64,000 nucleotides of DNA from assembly GCA_051294375.1 (NCBI GenBank), contig CM119268.1, positions 20,192,531 to 20,256,530 of the forward strand, read 5' to 3'. Shown here one piece after another: positions 28,385-40,300 of this stretch; the first letter of the stretch is position 1, and every line of letters begins with the position of its first letter. A program made the translations under genes and the position numbers. This stretch comes from Paraspadella gotoi. Taxonomy: Eukaryota > Animalia > Chaetognatha. The notes beneath the pieces were generated by a model. That model was not told the DNA's origin. It did no database searches and was given only the letters and a program-made list of their open reading frames with translations.

Positions 28385-31300
28385 ATTACATTTGACAATG
28401 TACAACAAAGATAAATTTAGAAAAACTTAGAAATAAGCTGAGATTTTGAATTAACAAAAGTTAAATAAGTAATAATGATGAAAATTGAAAATAAAACCTA
28501 AAAAAAATTTTCCGTCCTCTAGAGACATCACTTTCAGGTGTACCCATCGTCTGACACATTTATGGATTATGCTGGAAGAAATCAGTAAAACGTTTTTCTC
28601 TTTTTTTTAAATAGTTTGTACTAGCGCGTCAGAAATCTAAGAAGAAACTCGAAAATTTTATTCTAACAAATTTTGCCTCTTCAAGGCTGATTTATGACTA
28701 TATCTCGGAAACCATTATAGGAATTTGAAAACGTTTTTTTGCTAGTGAATATTGATATCATCCTCCAGGGACCCCGATAAAAATATATAAAAAAATAAAC
28801 TAATATTGGCTCTCGAGTGAGGTATCTAATTTATGATTCGTTATTGTTGACCTCATAGGAGAGCTAATTTTAATTTTATTTTTTATATATTTTTATGCCA
28901 GTCTCCTGGAGGATGATGTCAATATTCACTTGCAAAAACCGTTTTAAAATTCCTACAATAATTTCCGAGATATGGTTATAAACGTCAGCCTTGAAAGGCA
29001 AAATTTATCAGAATAACATTTTCAAATTTCTCTAAAGATTTCTGACGCGCTAGTACTAACTATTTAAAATTTCAGTAAAGTTCAAACCCTTAGTTCTTTT
29101 ATGGTGAAAAAAGTTATTTTCTTGAATAACTTTTGAAAGAAAAGAGGTATGAAGGTGAGTGAGGTATCAAATTAAAGCCCTAATCATGGGACACCTTTCT
29201 AAAATAGTTTTATTAAATTTTATCTATAATTATTTACACAGCTTTTGTTTAAATCAGAGTTAAAGGTATAACAGTTTTTTTGCATTAAAAATTTCAATGA
29301 AGGCATATAAAATTTTTTATTTTCCTTTTGTAATTTGAAAAAGGAAAGACCGAATTACATTTTGATTCTATCATGTAGTACTTCCCCACCAACGAGTGAG
29401 CATCTGCTCTGCAAACGCAACATCTCCGAGAGAAAAACGAAGAGGAATCCTCCACTTCCCCGCCTTCTCTTCCCCCTCCCGTACGCTACCTCAGTATGCC
29501 GTCACAAGACAGAATCACTTCTTCTGTTCGCGCTTTTGCGCTCAGTCTCCTGGTTTTTCTTCAAAAATATTTTTTGATTATTTTTGTTGAAGGAGGGAAG
29601 AACCTTGATTCGGCCATCTTGCTTGCCCTCGACGCACCCTGCGTGGCTGCGGGGGGAAGAACCTTGCTTCGGCCACTTGTTTGCCCAGTGCGCACAGTAC
29701 GGCTGCAGGGGGGAAGAACTTTGTTTTTTCGGCCCCCTTGTTTGTCCGGTACGCTCCGTTTTTTGGACTACTCATGTCTCTTCCGTCGCCGCCGCTCCAC
29801 CGCCAGCCATTCCGGGCTGTTCTGGTCAGGCCGACGCCATGCCTTCTCAGATGGAGGCAGTCCTCCAAATAAGCAACGCTTTCTCTAGCGTTCGTCGCGA
29901 ATTTAAGGAGTTTCACCGCTCGTCTCGTTCCGAGTTGGAGAGTCTTCGGTAGTGAGTTCTTCTTTTTTCGTCTTTTTGTTTTTTCGCCTTTTTTGGCGTA
30001 CATTCGGCGTACAGAGGAGTTTTCCTCCTGTGCCCCACCTAATTCGACTTTGTTTGTTTTTGTCAGGCATTCGCCTGGTCTTGTTACAGGCTCACTTGTT
30101 GGTGGGGAAGAACTTCATGATAGAATTTATGGTTCTAAATGGAACCGGGATTCTTCATGGTTCTTCCCACCAACAACCACCAGTGGAGATGGTCGAGATA
30201 AAAATGGCGAACAAAATGAGATGAATCGATTTATTAAAATCAGAAAAGCGAATGGAATCGAATTGGCTCATTGTACAAAGTGGCATTCATATTTATACGG
30301 CGAGAAAGAGAAAATTTGGTTTACATTTGTAAAGTAAACAATTCTAAAAATACTTCCAAATAAGGTAACGTTTTGCGACCGGCGTTTGAACAGAGGGAGC
30401 AAAATATTTCTTAGCGGCATTGGAATTTTTAAAGAATTCGGCTGGCGATTTTATTTACTTTCTTACTAATAATAATAATCAGGATTTCCACTCACCCACA
30501 GTCCACCCCTGGCACCACCGGTGGTGGAGGGCGGCTCAGGCTCGCTTGTTCTTGTTTGGTGGGGTGTTTTTTGAGGTTCTCTTTTGAGACTGTCATTTTT
30601 CAATGATTTCTCTTTTTTCCATGTACGTTTTCTTCATGGTTCTTGGACGCCTGTTTGCCATTCGCCGTTCTTCGTCGATCTTTGTTTGTTTGCCAGCGAC
30701 TTGGAGTCTTCACACTCCGAGAGGGTGACTGTCACGCCTTGTCGAGCCCCACCTGCGCGAGTCGATGACGACGCCTCTGTTTTTGGATCAGAGGAGGGTT
30801 CCTTCTCTGAAGAGTCTGTTGAGGGGTTTGACAACTTCCTGTCTCGTCGTGCTTTTGTACAGCCTTCGGAGTGGGTCTTACAGCAGTGGAGGGACTTGCG
30901 CAGAGTTGGCGTTCTTTTACCGTCGTGGGATGTGTTTTCCGCCAACACGCGTTTCAGGCGCTGGTCTGATGTCTCTTCGCCGGCGGAATTTTGGCCTTCT
31001 GCTCAAGAGAGTTGCCTTGCTGCTCAGTTCGACAGGACTCCAAGACGACGCGCTCTTTCAAGGCTTTTGAGCGCTTCATGAGAGACGCCGGAGCGTCCGC
31101 TCATGCTGTCCTTTCTGTCGCTGACGCTCTTCGCCTCATGGTTGAGGCCCTTTGCTCGGAGGGGCCCGGTGCAGTGGACGCAGGCCATCTTGACGATCTT
31201 GCCAAACCCCTTGGAGACGCCTCGTTGGGTTTGGCGGCGATTTTCGGTTTAGCCCTCTCCGAGTCTCGGCGCTTAGTTGTCGACGCTGCCCTTCAGATCT

Positions 31301-34300
31301 CAAGACAGTTCTGTCCAGTTCTTTGCCTCCACGGCATTCTTTTTCGGAGACCGCTCCACAGACGTCACTCAAGCATTCCATTCTTCGCTTCTCCGCTCCG
31401 GGGCACCACACAATTGCGCCTGTTCTGCTAGCCGCAAGCGTGGGCGTGGCAGTCCGCGTAGTCTCGCTCGCCGTCCCTACGGCCTCGCAAGTCTTCGCCT
31501 CCTAAGCGTAGGGGCGAGGCTCCAGGGACATCAAAGGACTGATCGCCTGACAGACTCTTTCGGCCGTTGCCTCGTCCGGCCGTCAGTTTCTCCAGACCCG
31601 GTTTTCGTCCATGGACTGGTTTTTTGCGGTTTCTCATCCCCCCTTCTACGACGTCCAGTCAAGTAGGCGTGGCGCTTCACCGGAAGTCTTCGCGGGATAC
31701 CCCCTCTTGGTTTGCTTGGTTACGAGTGATTCTGTCTTGTAACGGCGTACTGATTTAGCGTACGGGAGGGGGAAGAGAAGGCAGGGAAGAGGAGGATTCC
31801 TCTTCGTTTTTCTCTCGGAGTTTGCAGAGCAGATGCTCACTTGTTGGTGGGGAAGAACCATGAAGAATCCCAGTTTCATTCGGAACCATAAATTCCCATT
31901 AAATTTTTTCTACTCCATAAATTTGGCTTGTATTTTTTAGTTTAAAGTAAAAAACAAGCAAAAATTTATGTAGTAGCTTGATAAAAAGTCTTTTAAATAT
32001 GAAAATTATAAATACAAAAATGTTTCAGCTTGATATAAACAGTTTGGACGTCTACCTTCTTGTCTGTGAAAGAAAAAACGTCATTTTTCATTATCTTCAA
32101 CTGCAAAAAAAAAAGCTTGACACACTGCTTGTTAATTAATAAAATTTTAACAAATTACATAGCTTGCACAATATTTGACAAAGCAAGAAATCATTGTATT
32201 AAATTGTAATGATAATTTTCTTTAATATATAACAACCTTTATACAAGGAATTTAATTCTATTATTTAGCATCAATTTAATTAAGAAAAAGAAATTTCGCG
32301 GAATAGCCCATTGGAAAGGGTTTGACTGACTTAATGATCGAATTTTTTAGATTTCTTTACTGCCCCCATTTCACAAGACATAAAAGGTCATGATAATCAT
32401 GTCAGTATGTCCAGATTATCTGTACGCTTTCTGCAAGCTGCATTCTGAATTTTCTTTTTTCCCTTTCATATGTATTAAATAAAAAAAATCGGCGTGGAGG
32501 ATGCCACTTCCCGATCAAATTTTTAAACGAGTTTTTTTTTTCATCTATTCGAAACATAACACTAAGCTATTGATTCTATATTTTTTTATTTCTTACATGA
32601 TATTTTGCATAATCAGAGAAACGTTTAGCGTGTCAAAAAAAATAGGGGAAAAAAATAGTAAAACGTTCTGACAAATTAAAAAAATTATGAAGAAATCTAG
32701 TTGAGGGATAAGTCTACAGGGTACAATTGTAGAAGTATAGAATATTGTTGTTCTAAACTTCTAATTTAATTTTGTTGTGTTTTTTTTTTTTCACCCCCAG
32801 GACGCGACATCCGCTCAGCGGTCGGCGCCACGGCCGCGACGCAGGATCCGACGCGGAGCCGGAAGCGTCGCTTACTTTTCGGACGGAGAGTCCGGAGAAT
32901 CCTCGAATCAGGACGAAGAAAGCGAAGGTGAGTCGTGATTACGTAGTCACTCTTTTTATCATTCGTGACAATTTTTAAAAAAATGTGTTGATTTCGACTT
33001 TAGAATTAAGAAATATGAAATATAATATAAATCAAATTAAATCCTATATCTGGTGATAATTAGTTTTCTGTCATTTCCCTCCAGGTTCAGAACGTGAAGA
33101 GGACGAGGACGGCGGAGAGGAAGAGGAAGAGAACGAGGACGACGACATCGGCCCTTTCCGACGAGCAACTCGAGCCGCCGCTCTGTCCGGTCGTCGGCCC
33201 TGCGGGCACGCCGTAACATTCAGCCCCCGGCCAACATGCAATGGGCAGTTCGGCAAGTGGACGGGGCTCGTCCGCCGGGCTCGAGCATCTCGGGTCTTCG
33301 TCCCGGAGTCGTCGGCGTCTCCACGGCGAGCGGGCCACGCCGCAGTGTAAGGAGCAGAGAGATGAGAGAGAGAAGATGGCGAGCGGAGGGTTGTGGCTTT
33401 AATAATCGATAATGAGGACTGAGGAGTTTTATTACCACAATGCTTATGGCTTTACAGAAGCTTCATATTATAAAATGATGTACCCCTTTTTTGTGACCAG
33501 AACACTTCCGAGAAAATTACTGCGACCAAATTATTGAAATTTGGGATGAATGATCCTTATGTGAATACAAAATAGAACTATTCAATATTTGACCCTAACC
33601 CGAGATATGAGCCCGGGTGTTCCATCTCTCTCTTCGTCCTCTAGAGACATCACTTTCAGGTGTACCCATCGTCTGACACATTTATGGATTATGCTGGAAG
33701 AAATCAGTAAAACGTTTTCTCTTTTTTTTAAATAGTTTGTACTAGCGCGTCAGAAATCTAAGAAGAAACTCGAAAATTTTATTCTAACAAATTTTGCCTT
33801 TCAAGGCTGATATTTATGACTATATCTCGGAAACCATTATAGGAATTTGAAAACGTTTTTTTGCTAGTGAATATTGATATCATCCTCCAGGGACCCCGAT
33901 AAAAATATATAAAAAAATAAACTAATATTGGCTCTCGAGTGAGGTATCTAATTTATGATTCGTTATTGTTGAGCCTCATAGGAGAGCTAATTTTAATTTA
34001 TTTTTTTATATATTTTTATGCCAGTCCCTGGAGGATGATGTCAATATTCACTTGCAAAAACCGTTTTAAAATTCCTACAATAATTTCCGAGATATGGTTA
34101 TAAACGTCAGCCTTGAAAGGCAAAATTTATCAGAATAACATTTTCAAATTTCTCTAAAGATTTCTGACGCGCTAGTACTAACTATTTAAAATTTCAGTAA
34201 AGTTCAAACCCTTAGTTCTTTAATGGTGAAAAAAGTTATTTTCTTGAATAACTTTTGAAAGAAAAGAGGTATGAAGGTGAGTGAGGTATCAAATTAAAGC

Positions 34301-37300
34301 CCTAATCATGGGACACCTTTCTAAAATAGTTTTATTAAATTTTATCTATAATTATTTACACAGCTTTTGTTTAAATCAGAGTTAAAGGTATAACAGTTTT
34401 TTTGCATTAAAAATTTCAATGAAGGCATATAAAATTTTTTATTTTCCTTTTGTAATTTGAAAAAGGAAAGACCGAATTACATTTTGATTCTATCATGTAG
34501 TACTTCCCCACCAACGAGTGAGCATCTGCTCTGCAAACGCAACATCTCCCGAGAGAAAAACGAAGAGGAATCCTCCACTTCCCCGCCTTCTCTTCCCCCT
34601 CCCGTACGCTACCTCAGTATGCCGTCACAAGACAGAATCACTTCTTCTGTTCGCGCTTTTGCGCTCAGTCTCCTGGTTTTTTCTTCAAAAATATTTTTTT
34701 GATTATTTTTGTTGAAGGAGGGAAGAACCTTGATTCGGCCATCTTGCTTGCCCTCGACGCACCCTGCGTGGCTGCGGGGGGAAGAACCTTGCTTCGGCCA
34801 CCTTGTTTGCCCAGTGCGCACAGTACGGCTGCAGGGGGGAAGAACTTTGTTTTCGGCCCCCTTGTTTGTCCGGTACGCTCCGTTTTTTGGACTACTCATG
34901 TCTCTTCCGTCGCCGCCGCCTCCACCGCCAGCCATTCCGGGCTGTTCTGGTCAGGCCGACGCCATGCCTTCTCAGATGGAGGCAGTCCTCCAAATAAGCA
35001 ACGCTTTCTCTAGCGTTCGTCGCGAATTTAAGGAGTTTCACCGCTCGTCTCGTTCCGAGTTGGAGAGTCTTCGGTAGTGAGTTTCTCTTTTTTCGTCTTT
35101 TTGTTTTTTCGCCTTTTTTGGCGTACATTCGGCGTACAGAGGAGTTTTCCTCCTGTGCCCCACCTAATTCGACTTTGTTTGTTTTTGTCAGGCATTCGCC
35201 TGGTCTTGTTACAGGCTCACTTGTTGGTGGGGAAGAACTTCATGATAGAATTTATGGTTCTAAATGGAACCGGGATTCTTCATGGTTCTTCCCCACCAAC
35301 AACCACCAGTGGAGATGGTCGAGATAAAAATGGCGAACAAAATGAGATGAATCGATTTATTAAAATCAGAAAAGCGAATGGAATCGAATTGGCTCATTGT
35401 ACAAAGTGGCATTCATATTTATACGGCGAGAAAGAGAAAATTTGGTTTACATTTGTAAAGTAAACAATTCTAAAAATACTTCCAAATAAGGTAACGTTTT
35501 GCGACCGGCGTTTGAACAGAGGGAGCAAAATATTTCTTAGCGGGCATTGGAATTTTTAAAGAATTCGGCTGGCGATTTTATTTACTTTCTTACTAATAAT
35601 AATAATCAGGATTTCCACTCACCCACAGTCCACCCCTGGCACCACCGGTGGTGGAGGGCGGCTCAGGCTCGCTTGTTCTTGTTTGGTGGGGTGTTTTTTG
35701 AGGTTCTTTTTGAGACTGTCATTTTTCAATGATTTCTCTTTTTTCCATGTACGTTTTCTTCATGGTTCTTGGACGCCTGTTTGCCATTCGCCGTTCTTCG
35801 TCGATCTTTGTTTGTTTGCCAGCGACTTGGAGTCTTCACACTCCGAGAGGGTGACTGTCACGCCTTGTCGAGCCCCACCTGCGCGAGTCGATGACGACGC
35901 CTCTGTTTTTGGATCAGAGGAGGGTTCCTTCTCTGAAGAGTCTGTTGAGGGGTTTGACAACTTCCTGTCTCGTCGTGCTTTTGTACAGCCTTCGGAGTGG
36001 GTCTTACAGCAGTGGAGGGACTTGCGCAGAGTTGGCGTTCTTTTACCGTCGTGGGATGTGTTTTCCGCCAACACGCGTTTCAGGCGCTGGTCTGATGTCT
36101 CTTCGCCGGCGGAATTTTGGCCTTCTGCTCAAGAGAGTTGCCTTGCTGCTCAGTTCGACAGGACTCCAAGACGACGCGCTCTTTCAAGGCTTTTGAGCGC
36201 TTCATGAGAGACGCCGGAGCGTCCGCTCATGCTGTCCTTTCTGTCGCTGACGCTCTTCGCCTCATGGTTGAGGCCCTTTGCTCGGAGGGGCCCGGTGCAG
36301 TGGACGCAGGCCATCTTGACGATCTTGCCAAACCCCTTGGAGACGCCTCGTTGGGTTTGGCGGCGATTTTCGGTTTAGCCCTCTCCGAGTCTCGGCGCTT
36401 AGTTGTCGACGCTGCCCCTTCAGATCTCAAGACAGTTCTGTCCAGTTCTTTGCCCTCCACGGCATTCTTTTTCGGAGACCGCTCCACAGACGTCACTCAA
36501 GCATTCCATTCTTCGCTTCTCCGCTCCGGGGCACCACACAATTGCGCCTGTTCTGCTAGCCGCAAGCGTGGGCGTGGCAGTCCGCGTAGTCTCGCTCGCC
36601 GTCCCTACCGGCCTCGCAAGTCTTCGCCTCCTAAGCGTAGGGGCGAGGCTCCAGGGACATCAAAGGACTGATCGCCTGACAGCTCTTTCGGCCGTTGCCT
36701 CGTCCGGCCGTCAGTTTCTCCAGACCCGGTTTTCGTCCATGGACTGGTTTTTTGCGGTTTCTCATCCCCCCTTCTACGACGTCCAGTCAAGTAGGCGTGG
36801 CGCTTCACCGGAAGTCTTCGCGGGATACCCCCTCTTGGTTTGCTTGGTTACGAGTGATTCTGTCTTGTAACGGCGTACTGATTTAGCGTACGGGAGGGGG
36901 AAGAGAAGGCAGGGAAGAGGAGGATTCCTCTTCGTTTTTCTCTCGGGAGTTTGCAGAGCAGATGCTCACTTGTTGGTGGGGAAGAACCATGAAGAATCCC
37001 AGTTCCATTCGGAACCATAAATTCCCATTAAATTTTTTCTACTCCATAAATTTGCTTGTATTTTTTAGTTAAAGTAAAAAACAAGCAAAAATTTATGTAG
37101 TAGCTTGATAAAAAGTCTTTTTAAATATGAAAAATTATAAATACAAAAATGTTTTCAGCTTGATATAAACAGTTTGGACGTCTACCTTCTTGTCTGTGAA
37201 AGAAAAAACGTCATTTTTCATTATCTTCAACTGCAAAAAAAAAAAGCTTGACACACTGCTTGTTAATCATAATAAAATTTTAACAAATTACATAGCTTGC

Positions 37301-40300
37301 AACATATTTGACAAAGCAAGAAATCATTGTATTAAATTGTATTGATAATTTTCTTTTAAATATAACAACCTTTATACAAGGAATTTAATTCTATTATTTA
37401 GCATCAATTTAATTAAGAAAAAGAATTTCGCGGAATAGCCCATTGGAAAGGGTTTGACTGACTTAATGATCGAATTTTTTAGATTTCTTTACTGCCCCCA
37501 TTTCACAAGACATAAAAGGTCATGATAATCATGTCAGTATGTCCAGATTATCTGTACGCTTTCTGCAAGCTGCATTCTGAATTTTCTTTTTTTCCCTTTC
37601 ATATGTATTAAATAAAAAAAATCGGCGTGGAGGATGCCACTTCCCGATCAAATTTTTAAACGAGTTTTTTTTTTCATCTATTCGAGACATAACACTAGCT
37701 ATTGATTCTATTATTTTTTTATTTCTTACATGATATTTTGCATAATCAGAGAAACGTTTAGCGTGTCAAAAAAATAGGGGAAAAAAATAGTAAAACGTTC
37801 TGACAAATTAAAAAAATTATGAAGAAATCTAGTTGAGGGATAAGTCTACAGGGTACAATTGTAGAAGTATAGAATATTGTTGTTCTAAACTTCTAATTTA
37901 ATTTTGTTGTGTTTTTTTTTTCACCCCCAGGACGCGACATCCGCTCAGCGGTCGGCGGCCACGGCCGCGACGGCAGGATCCGACGCCGGAGCCGGAAGCG
38001 TCGCTTACTTTTCGGACGGAGAGTCCGGAGAATCCTCGAATCAGGACGAAGAAAGCGAAGGTGAGTTCGTGATTACGTAGTCACTCTTTTTATCATTCGT
38101 GACAATTTTTAAAAAATGTGTTGATTTCGACTTTAGAATTAAGAAATATGAAATATAATATAAATCAAATTAAATCCTATATCTGGTGATAATTAGTTTT
38201 CTGTCATTTCCCTCCAGGTTCAGAACGTGAAGAGGACGAGGACGGCGGAGAGGAAGAGGAAGAGAACGAGGACGACGACATCGGCCTTTCCGACGAGCAA
38301 CTCGAGCGCCGCTCTGGTCCGGTCGTCGGCCCTGCGGGCACGCGTAACATTCAGCCCCCGGCCAACATGCAATGGGCAGTTCGGCAAGTGGACGGGGCTC
38401 GTCCGCCGGGCTCGAGCATCTCGGGTCTTCGTCCCGGAGTCGTCGGCGTCTCCACGGCGAGCGGGGCCACGCCGCAGTGTAAGGAGCAGAGAGATGAGGA
38501 GAGAAGATGGCGAGCGGAGGGTTGTGGCTTTAATAATCGATAATGAGGACTGAGGAGTTTATTACCACATGCTTATGGCTTACAGAAGGCTTCATATTAT
38601 AAAATGATGTACCCCTTTTTTGTGACCAGAACACGTTCCGAGAAAATTACTGGACCAAATTTATTGAAATTTGGGATGAATGATCCTTATGTGAATACAA
38701 ATAGAACTATTCAATATTTGACCCCTAACCCGAGATATGAGCCCCCGGGGGTGTTTCCAATAGGAGAAAAAAATCGTCAAAATTTTTTCCCAATTTTTAT
38801 CGTCGCAATCGCTAAGCGTTTGCGACGATATTGTAACGCTTTTGCCTATAAGTGTCGTCGTCGTCGTTGTCGTCGGCTTTCCAAATTATAGATCGCCTTT
38901 TTTATGATTAAATTTGGGTGTATGAAGCTGAAAATTTATATACAGCTTCTCATCATCGATGTGCTTAAAATTGAGTCTGGACAGTTATTAAATATGTTTT
39001 GTTTACGTTTTATCAAAACAAACAAATTTTTTTTCTTTTATTTTCATATTTCTCTCTCTATCTCTTTTCTCTTTTAATTACATGTCTCTCTCCCTCTCTC
39101 TTTTCGCCTTGTCACTGATTCATATGGAAAAAAACGAGTGTGAGCATGGCTCTGCAGGGGCTTATTCTTTTCTCTCTTTTCTCCTGCTGCTTCTGCTCTT
39201 GCCTTTTGATTTTTTTCTCTGCAGCTGGCTCTGCAGGGGCTCTTTCTTTTTCTCTTTTTTCTCCTGTTGCTTCTGCTCTTGCCTTTTGATTTTTTTTCTC
39301 TGCAGCTGGCTCTGCAGGGGCTCTTTCTTTTTCTCTTTTTTCTCCTGCTGCTTCTTGCTGCTGTCTTTTGATTTCTTTCTCTCTCTCTCTCTTTCTCATC
39401 TCTCCATCTCTCTCCTTCTCTCTCTCTCTGATTATTTTTTCACACTTCTAAAAACTTTTATTATCGCCATTTATTCCCAAAATTACATCCGGGATTTTCG
39501 TTGATTTTTTTCTAAATATTTTAAATATCAATCAGAATATTTTTTTTTCAATATATATTTACTTTATTATTTTATTATATTTTACTTCATTTTACTTCAC
39601 CTTTAGTCTTTACTTCACTTTACTTTACTTCACAGTCTGATTCAAGTTTCATTTTGTCTTTTGTCTGGGAATGCTGACAGTATTTAGAGAGGTCGCTTTT
39701 GATCAAACTGCTCGCTTATGAGGGCTAAAAGTAAAACAAAAGTACCTTCCAGACTTTGCACTTGAAAAAAATTAAACTGGAAAATAAGTTATCTTACTGT
39801 TTTATATTTATTCTTTTTTTTTCTCAGGGTCTGCGTCTGCTGATCAGTTTATTTGACAATGAAAATTTTTTTTTTTTTTTTAATATCAAAATTTGTCGTC
39901 AATCCAAATTTTTCTCATGCGATTGCGACGATCCTTATGCTTTTAAGTTTTTTTTAACTATTTTTGTTTTGAACAGATGCACCGGCGTTTACTATTCCAC
40001 AAAAACATATTTATTACAACAAAAATATTTGTTAACCTTAACTTTCAACTTCATGATCACAAGCAGTTAAAGTTGGGAAAATTGAAATAGATCCATTTAT
40101 ATCGTCATTAAGTCTCTATATGTAAAATTTCATGAAATTCGATCTGGTAGTTTGGTGGGAACAGCTTCTGGTCACGAAAAAGGGGTACTGTGGCGGTATA
40201 TTTACACCGCCTCACGTCCACCATCCAGCCAAATCCATAGGCTCAGAGGGGGAACACGCCATTCCAGGCGTAGTGTTCCATCCACAGTCCTAACGACTTC

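Larger units (their letters stand above)
28513..38759 (+). repeat. ~5.12-kb tandem duplication (28513-33623 and 33635-38759)
   Basis: Near-identical copies differing mainly by 1-bp indels. Confidence 0.95.

Noticed and set aside
29365-31894. DNA transposon (MITE) interpretation based on inverted repeats
   Set aside because: Asymmetric end extensions, the ICR and the single-ATT junctions fit a DIRS1-type element better.
32801-33346. Mutually exclusive alternative UBR5 exons
   Set aside because: Frameshifting 1-bp indels and near-identical introns point to an artefactual or dead duplicate.
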